A stretch of 36,273 nucleotides of DNA from a virus. The DNA lies in the IMG/VR virus record IMGVR_UViG_3300042898_000958; one strand, 5' to 3'. This document shows positions 31,645-36,273 of this stretch, piece after piece. The notes beneath the pieces are model-generated. The model was not told the DNA's origin. It ran no database searches and saw only the letters and a program-made list of their open reading frames with translations. The position numbers and the translations under genes are program-made. The first letter of the stretch is position 1; every line of letters starts with the position of its first letter.

Positions 31645-31917
31645 TTAGTTATATTGGTATTCTTTAGTTAATTGGTTGAAAGTTCTGTTTTCATTGTTAC
31701 CTGCAAATTCAGCTAATTTATGACCGCTTCTTTTTGCTCTTGCTCTTAATTGATTATGAACGTCATTGAACAAATCAAAAGCATTACCGTTAAAATTTTC
31801 ATTCTCTACAATCCAAAGCATCAAATTCATGTAGCTTTTTAAATTGTCTTCGCCAGCTACTTTAGTTATTTTTGCGATGATGTAAGATTTTCTGTTTTTT
31901 AAGTCTTGAATAGTCAT
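31645..31917 (-). CDS. Hypothetical protein (90 aa), first gene of the XRE operon
   Basis: ORF downstream of the candidate promoter at 31941-31970. Confidence 0.55.
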   Translation of the reverse strand: MTIQDLKNRKSYIIAKITKVAGEDNLKSYMNLMLWIVENENFNGNAFDLFNDVHNQLRARAKRSGHKLAEFAGNNENRTFNQLTKEYQYN

Positions 31918-31940
31918 TTTGTTATTGCTTTATTGCTCAA

Positions 31941-31970
31941 CAAAGATAAATATAGTTATCATAATAACAA
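31941..31970 (-). promoter_or_regulatory. Candidate promoter TTG-N19-TATCTTTG with palindrome GTTATTATGATAAC in the spacer
   Basis: In sense orientation: TTG at 31970-31968, TATCTTTG at 31948-31941, the palindrome at 31968-31955, and the tandem AGCAATAA x2 at 31937-31922 in the leader. Confidence 0.35.
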
Positions 31971-32005
31971 ATATAATTTAATTTTATTTTCTAAAGTACT
32001 GATAA

Positions 32006-32456
32006 TCAAAGAGAAAAAAAACAACACAAGTTTAAGAAAACAGCGACCGTGCTAAAATCTAAACTTAGCTGTGATTTAAAGTCATTAAAACGTTTTTCTT
32101 GTTTCTCATAATATTCTTGGTCTATTTCAAAACCTACAAAGTTGAACCCGCCTTTATACGCTGCAATCCTACTGCTTCCACTTCCTAAATGGGTATCTAA
32201 AAAGTTCCGTAAAATATTTCTCCGTTGGCACTTCCATATCCCAATTACCATTTTTGTTATGGTATCTTTTAAACCTTCCACCGCTATTTACTACACTTTC
32301 CCCCAATCCATAAGGCGGGTCAACTATTGCTAAATCAAAATGGTTATCGTTAAAGCGTTTTAATGCTGTTACACAATCTTCCAAATACACCTCCGACAAA
32401 GGCACTGCTGGTAACACGGGTTTGGCAAAATTGCCGTTCGTTTCTTCTATCAACAT
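32006..32456 (-). pseudogene. DNA N6A/N4C methyltransferase remnant (internal deletion plus frameshift)
   Basis: ORF 32169..32456 carries FDLAIVDPPYG...WDMEVPTEKYFTELFR (motif IV side). ORF 32006..32281, in another frame, carries LDTHLGSGSSRIAAYKGGFNFVGFEID (motif I). The two motifs abut, so about 100 aa of the normal core are missing. Confidence 0.65.
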
Positions 32457-32507
32457 TCGTTTTTAATTTTTAAGTTTAGTAATTCTATTGAGCTTCGGGT
32501 TCAGCCA

Positions 32508-32519
32508 CTTCGCCAAGCC
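32508..32519 (-). repeat. Post-stop element part B 12-mer
   Basis: cttcgccaagcc. Confidence 0.85.
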
Positions 32520-32527
32520 CTTCTACG

Positions 32528-32806
32528 TTATAAGACATTTTCAAGGACGTCCTCAATCCTATCTAAAATATTGTTACTATCTTTTTCTATTAAAGAAATT
32601 CCATCTCGCCCAAAACACTCGTACAAACATATTAAATATCCTTTTTCTGCGTTTGAACTTTCAATACTAATTACAAAACCACCTGCTATAAACTTTATCC
32701 TATCACCGCTTTCTACATCAGTAACTGAATACTCACAAGCATTATAGTTAGAAAAACGGCTTATAATATCGGCTTTGTGCAAGTGGGGGTTATCTGCTAA
32801 ATTCAT
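32528..32806 (-). CDS. Hypothetical early protein
   Basis: 92-aa ORF. Its stop TAA runs into CGTAGAAGGGCTTGGCGAAG. Confidence 0.55.
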   Translation of the reverse strand: MNLADNPHLHKADIISRFSNYNACEYSVTDVESGDRIKFIAGGFVISIESSNAEKGYLICLYECFGRDGISLIEKDSNNILDRIEDVLENVL

Positions 32807-32884
32807 ACTTTCGTTTTTAAATTAAGTTTTGTGGTGGGTTGAAACTTTCGTGCTTTAATGCCCCACCTGCACAAAGCCGAGAAC

Positions 32885-32896
32885 CGTTATGTGCAA
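32885..32896 (-). repeat. Post-stop element part A core (sense TTGCACATAACG)
   Basis: cgttatgtgcaa lies directly after the TAG of the 49-aa ORF. Confidence 0.8.
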
Positions 32897-32898
32897 CC

Positions 32899-33048
32899 CT
32901 AAAACGGCCACAAACACCATTTGCAGTTGCTATAATCAGCATCTTTATCAAACTCAAAGTAAGTATCAAAAGCACCATAGCCGTTTTCTGCTATAATCAC
33001 TCTTTGACCTTCTTTTGGCACTCCTGTTTTAAAATCAATCCAATTCAT
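32899..33048 (-). CDS. Small ORF, 49 aa, DUF551-like (below track cutoff)
   Basis: MNWIDFKTGVPKEGQRVIIAENGYGAFDTYFEFDKDADYSNCKWCLWPF. The W-I-x-x-K/P...V-I/L pattern is that of DUF551 phage proteins. The post-stop element follows. Confidence 0.5.
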   Translation of the reverse strand: MNWIDFKTGVPKEGQRVIIAENGYGAFDTYFEFDKDADYSNCKWCLWPF

Positions 33049-33088
33049 GTTTATTTGTGTTCTAAATTTCGTTGTTTCATTTTCGTTA

Positions 33089-33412
33089 CTAATTAAATTT
33101 CAAAGTCTGCTCTAGGACTTCAACTTGTCTTTTCAATTCTTTTATATGTTTTTGCTGCTTCGCTATTACTTGCTCATATTCGCTTATTTTAACTTCGTGT
33201 ATGAAGTTTTGCGCTACTGTTTGCCGAATAGTATCATAATCGGTTGAAAGTTGCTTAAAACGCATTATTTGGCTTTCTGTTGCTTTTACTCTTAACTTCA
33301 TCCCCATATCGAAAAAAAAAGAACTAAAGTTAATGAGCGCCTTAGCTACTGAATGCTGGTGATCGTAGTAAGGTGTTACTGATTTGCTCGTTTTTAATAT
33401 TTCGGTTATCAT
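33089..33412 (-). CDS. Hypothetical coiled-coil protein
   Basis: 107-aa ORF whose ATG shares one base with the helicase stop (TAATG). Confidence 0.55.
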   Translation of the reverse strand: MITEILKTSKSVTPYYDHQHSVAKALINFSSFFFDMGMKLRVKATESQIMRFKQLSTDYDTIRQTVAQNFIHEVKISEYEQVIAKQQKHIKELKRQVEVLEQTLKFN

Positions 33413-34299
33413 TAGAATGGTGCTGGTGTGAACGTGAATGTTCTTGTTTCCTGTGTACTGTCGCTTCTATGTAAATACCGTTGCTGGTAAATGTTATAGT
33501 CTAATTTAATTTCACCCTTCCTACCTATCCCCCTCTTTGCTTTCTGTATTAAAATATCTACGTGAGTCCTTTCGCTTTCTATTTCGCTAAACTCTTTTGG
33601 ACGGTAAACGCAAATAATACCATCGGCTTTAGCGTACCATGTAGCACCACCACTAAACTCAAATGCAGTAGGTGGGCTGTAGGTGTCTGAATCTTTTGGC
33701 TTTTGCAAAGTACGAGGGTGTGCAACTATAAACGTGTGAATGTTTAGGCTTCGAGAGAATAAACGAATATCACCCAATACACGTTCCAGATAAATGTCTT
33801 GACGTTCTGAATAAACGTGTTTTAATTCATTCCACGGGTCTAACATTACCGTCTTTATTTCGTTTTCCAGTATGTAAGGCTTAATGTATTGCATTATTTC
33901 GTACGGTGTTTTGGCTTCTTCTTTGGTATCGTAAACATGGAAATGGTCAGAAATAAAAGCAGCGTGCTTATACAAATCTAATTCAGATAATTTATCAAAC
34001 GCCCCTAATCGGTTTCTTTTACGTGATACCATGCTTAGGATAGTTGTGTATACATCTGCTACACCTCCTTCCTCAGGTGCGAAAATAACGTGCTTTAAGC
34101 CGTGTATTTCGGATAGCTGTATTAACACCTCAAACAAAAATGTACTTTTCCCATGACTTGGTATTCCTGCAAAGTAAGTTGTACGTCCTAGCTGAAACGA
34201 ATAGTAATCTTTGAGCATGTCTATTTTATAGGAAAACTTTTCAGGGTTCTTTATAACCGCCTCAACTTGATTAATTATTGTGTTTAAATTTACTATCAT
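33412..34299 (-). CDS. DnaB-family replicative helicase (RecA-like C-terminal domain only)
   Basis: Walker A GIPSHGKSTF, Walker B VMLDPWNE, then FIVAHPR and SGGATWYAKADGI, as in the DnaB/T7 gp4 helicase core. Confidence 0.65.
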   Translation of the reverse strand: MIVNLNTIINQVEAVIKNPEKFSYKIDMLKDYYSFQLGRTTYFAGIPSHGKSTFLFEVLIQLSEIHGLKHVIFAPEEGGVADVYTTILSMVSRKRNRLGAFDKLSELDLYKHAAFISDHFHVYDTKEEAKTPYEIMQYIKPYILENEIKTVMLDPWNELKHVYSERQDIYLERVLGDIRLFSRSLNIHTFIVAHPRTLQKPKDSDTYSPPTAFEFSGGATWYAKADGIICVYRPKEFSEIESERTHVDILIQKAKRGIGRKGEIKLDYNIYQQRYLHRSDSTQETRTFTFTPAPF

Positions 34300-34952
34300 A
34301 TCAATCCTGCGTGTTTAGTTGGTTTCGCCTGTGAATATTTTACATCACCTTTTATTTGGTCCTTACGTTCCCATGACCTTATTGCAGCTATCCAGTCTTT
34401 ATACATTTTACCTTTGCTTTCTGAATAGTCATTTGCAGTTTCGTAATAGTATCTTAATTTTTCAATACTCCATTCTGAAAATGTTTGTTTAAAAATTGTT
34501 TTATCAAAGATTACTGAATTTTTAAAAAGGTGTAATCCTTTTATAATATTTTCTTTTCCTTTCCTTTCTTTTGCATTAGGGGGGTTATTAGCCCCCTCAA
34601 TAGCCCCCCTAATTTTCCAACGTGTTAAAGCCCCTTTTTTCCCAAATTCAGAAAATGAATTGCGTTCAGTTAAATGCCTGTTTAGCCTATTGCTTTCAAA
34701 ATTTGTATCACATATTAAAAATAACTCGAAGCTATTTATAACGGCTGCAACTTTTGGTTCTGTTACTTGCATTTGCATAGCTAAAACGGGTATGATTTTT
34801 ATAGGTAGCTTGCCCCCTGATTGTGCTAATTGTTCAATTAAGTACCAATAAATACCGTAACCTTCCATTCCTAACTGCTGCCGTAAGTAAAGTATTTTAT
34901 GATCAGATGCAGCGTTATAATCGTGCGAAAAATAGTAAGTGTCTTTTTTCAT
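34296..34952 (-). CDS. DUF4373 (Lin1244-like) replisome organiser/DnaD-like protein
   Basis: MKKDTYYFSHDYNAASDHKILYLRQQLGMEGYGIYWYLIEQL is the DUF4373 signature. The ATG at 34952 follows a terminator; the track start at 35042 is GTG, upstream of that terminator. Confidence 0.7.
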   Translation of the reverse strand: MKKDTYYFSHDYNAASDHKILYLRQQLGMEGYGIYWYLIEQLAQSGGKLPIKIIPVLAMQMQVTEPKVAAVINSFELFLICDTNFESNRLNRHLTERNSFSEFGKKGALTRWKIRGAIEGANNPPNAKERKGKENIIKGLHLFKNSVIFDKTIFKQTFSEWSIEKLRYYYETANDYSESKGKMYKDWIAAIRSWERKDQIKGDVKYSQAKPTKHAGLI

Positions 34953-34994
34953 TAAAATAAAAAAGCCCCAGCGGTGATGAGTTTCGCTGAGGCT
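34953..34994 (-). terminator. Rho-independent terminator/attenuator
   Basis: In sense orientation: AGCCTCAGCG-(11 nt)-CGCTGGGGCT, a 10-bp stem with one G:U, followed by TTTTTTATTTTA and then immediately the ATG. Confidence 0.65.
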
Positions 34995-35083
34995 CTTGAA
35001 AGTGCTTAAACTTCCGAGTTTACCGGTATCATTGCTCATCACTTCAACAATACCGATTAATATGATGCAAATATTAGTTTTTT

Positions 35084-35350
35084 TTACCTAATCTGCAACA
35101 AATTTTTTGGTGTTTTTTTTCTGTCCAAAACGTGAGTACGATACCGCCCTGTACAAACATCATTTGAGCTGTCAATAGGTTGTTTGAAAACATACCCCAT
35201 ATCTCGCATTTTAGCAATAATTTTATGCAGGTTAGTGCAAGTGTTCCAGCAACGTGCTTTTGTTGTTTTCAAACAATCGCTATTGGTTATTGTACCGTTT
35301 GCGATTAAATAATCAATTACTGCTTTTAGTTGTGTTGTCTTTTTTTTCAT
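35084..35350 (-). CDS. Winged-helix/HTH protein (HTH_39-like)
   Basis: LKAVIDYLIANGTITNSDCLK...NLHKIIAKMRDMGYVF resembles the l..L..g.iT...a....rL...I..LR..Gy.I pattern. Confidence 0.4.
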   Translation of the reverse strand: MKKKTTQLKAVIDYLIANGTITNSDCLKTTKARCWNTCTNLHKIIAKMRDMGYVFKQPIDSSNDVCTGRYRTHVLDRKKTPKNLLQIR

Positions 35351-35351
35351 T

Positions 35352-35567
35352 TTATTTTGATTTAAAGGTTTCGTTGTAATATTGTTCTGCTATTTGTTGA
35401 TTGTCTAATACATGTTCAGATGGGTATGTATTTTGCCCTTTTATAAAAAAATCAACTATCTGTTGCTTTTCCATTTCTTTGGCTTGGTCACGTATCTTAA
35501 TAGCATTTTCATATCCTTGTACAATATCTAATTGCTCAAATAACCATTCTACTGCTGTTTGTTTCAT
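35352..35567 (-). CDS. Small protein, paralogue of 35569..35799
   Basis: MKQTAVEWL...QAKEMEKQ...TFKSK. Confidence 0.6.
   Translation of the reverse strand: MKQTAVEWLFEQLDIVQGYENAIKIRDQAKEMEKQQIVDFFIKGQNTYPSEHVLDNQQIAEQYYNETFKSK
35540..35567 (-). repeat. 28-nt direct repeat (gene duplication), copy 1
   Basis: ataaccattctactgctgtttgtttcat is identical to 35772-35799. Confidence 0.85.
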
Positions 35568-35568
35568 T

Positions 35569-35799
35569 TTATTCTGACTTAAAGGTTTGGTTGGTAAATA
35601 TTTCTACAAATTCACACGCTTCTCTTTCATCAAATCCAAGCACATTACGGGATTCTTTTGTATAATCTTTTAATTGTTGAACTAAATCAATCATTCTTTG
35701 CTTTTCCATTTCCTTGGCTTGTTCTAAAAAATGTTCCCAATCTCCTAATGGATATTCTATTTGTTGGTTATATAACCATTCTACTGCTGTTTGTTTCAT
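35569..35799 (-). CDS. Small protein, paralogue of 35352..35567
   Basis: ATG at 35799 (MKQTAVEWLY...QAKEMEKQ...TFKSE). The track start at 35853 overlaps the upstream gene. Confidence 0.6.
   Translation of the reverse strand: MKQTAVEWLYNQQIEYPLGDWEHFLEQAKEMEKQRMIDLVQQLKDYTKESRNVLGFDEREACEFVEIFTNQTFKSE
35772..35799 (-). repeat. 28-nt direct repeat, copy 2
   Basis: Identical to 35540-35567. Confidence 0.85.
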
Positions 35800-35803
35800 A
35801 ATG

Positions 35804-36273
35804 TTAGTTTTTTTTAAATTGGTTAAACCATTCCTCAGTGGTTCTATCGTCATTGGTAGTTAAATAGTGCATAAAACTAATTAAAATCTGAATCACTTCT
35901 CCCTCACTATACTTATTCTTGTCTTGTTCTTGTTTAGGTTCTTCTTTTGGAATGATGATTTTCCAACCATATTTAGTTTGGAATTTTCCATTATGTTTTG
36001 ACAAATCAACTTCAACCTCAACATACTCACAAGTAGGATTCTTTACAAACCATTCTAAGAACTCATCATCAATAGCTTGTACGCCATCTTTGATTAAGTC
36101 TTGGTCTGTTGTTAGGATGATTTTTTTGCAATTATCTTTATGTCTTGTAGAAATTACATCAAAATTGTTACACCAAACATCATCAAGTTTAGTACATTTT
36201 TCAATATGAAACCCATCAGATTCTCCTGTGATTTTGAATAATTCAACCAAATACCAATCTCCTTCTTTAATTT
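35804..36273 (-). CDS. Junction-spanning gene, C-terminal part (continues from 281->1)
   Basis: The frame is open to the window end, and 36147-36273 duplicates 1-127. See feature 1-281. Confidence 0.7.
   Translation of the reverse strand, partial: IKEGDWYLVELFKITGESDGFHIEKCTKLDDVWCNNFDVISTRHKDNCKKIILTTDQDLIKDGVQAIDDEFLEWFVKNPTCEYVEVEVDLSKHNGKFQTKYGWKIIIPKEEPKQEQDKNKYSEGEVIQILISFMHYLTTNDDRTTEEWFNQFKKN
36147..36273. repeat. Direct terminal repeat, copy 2 (identical to 1-127)
   Basis: Same 127 nt as the window start. Confidence 0.9.

Noticed and set aside
32006-32456. Functional methyltransferase made by programmed frameshifting
   Set aside because: There is no slippery sequence at the frame junction. 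Even a fused product (~150 aa) would lack the region normally separating motifs IV and I, so decay is the simpler explanation.
28443-32910. Integron-like gene cassettes with attC sites
   Set aside because: The post-stop elements do not fit the RYYYAAC/GTTRRRY core sites, no integrase is encoded, and each gene has its own AT-rich start/promoter module, unlike promoterless cassettes.
1-36273. CRISPR arrays, rRNA genes, integrase/transposase genes, lysogeny module
   Set aside because: I saw no regularly spaced direct repeats, no rRNA-like conserved stretches, and no tyrosine/serine recombinase or DDE motifs in any long ORF. The only repressor-like gene is a 67-aa XRE protein.

Overview
This window is one complete, AT-rich tailed-phage genome. 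Bases 1-127 are repeated exactly at 36147-36273 (unit length 36,146 bp). The contig is therefore circularly closed or terminally redundant, and one gene runs across the junction. Every credible gene lies on the minus strand; the plus-strand ORFs in the track are antisense shadows. In the direction of transcription (high to low coordinates, wrapping), the order is as follows. (1) 35.8-33.4 kb: replication genes, namely paralogous small proteins, an HTH protein, a DUF4373-type replisome organiser and a DnaB-like helicase. (2) 33.1-28.5 kb: an array of about 15 small early genes separated by a conserved GC-rich post-stop element and AT-rich start modules; it includes an internally deleted DNA-methyltransferase remnant, a candidate acr-aca-like operon and an ASCH protein. 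(3) 28.4-26.0 kb: a translationally coupled operon of ECF-type sigma factor, glycosyltransferase, membrane protein, Cys protein and lipoprotein. (4) 26.0-24.3 kb: a ParB-like gene plus an ABC-ATPase::GNAT fusion lying in a very low-GC block. (5) TerS/TerL, a tail chaperone with a -1 frameshift site, tail proteins and a tape measure. (6) Prohead protease, scaffold, major capsid protein and a portal::MuF fusion. (7) Fibres. (8) A lysis cassette: membrane proteins, M15 endolysin and a candidate unimolecular spanin. (9) Two tandem tRNA-like genes with no canonical anticodon arm. (10) Small genes, a standalone DnaA domain-IV protein, a YqaJ exonuclease and NinG. I saw no integrase, CRISPR array or rRNA. 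Hints of a Bacteroidota (Flavobacteriia-type) host are TTG/TAnnTTTG promoter-like boxes, no Shine-Dalgarno signal, DUF4373, and lipoproteins with K-(D/E)2 after the lipid Cys. Several short ORFs below the track cutoff look real because they are ATGA/TAATG-coupled to their neighbours. All functional calls come from motif recognition by eye, not from database searches.
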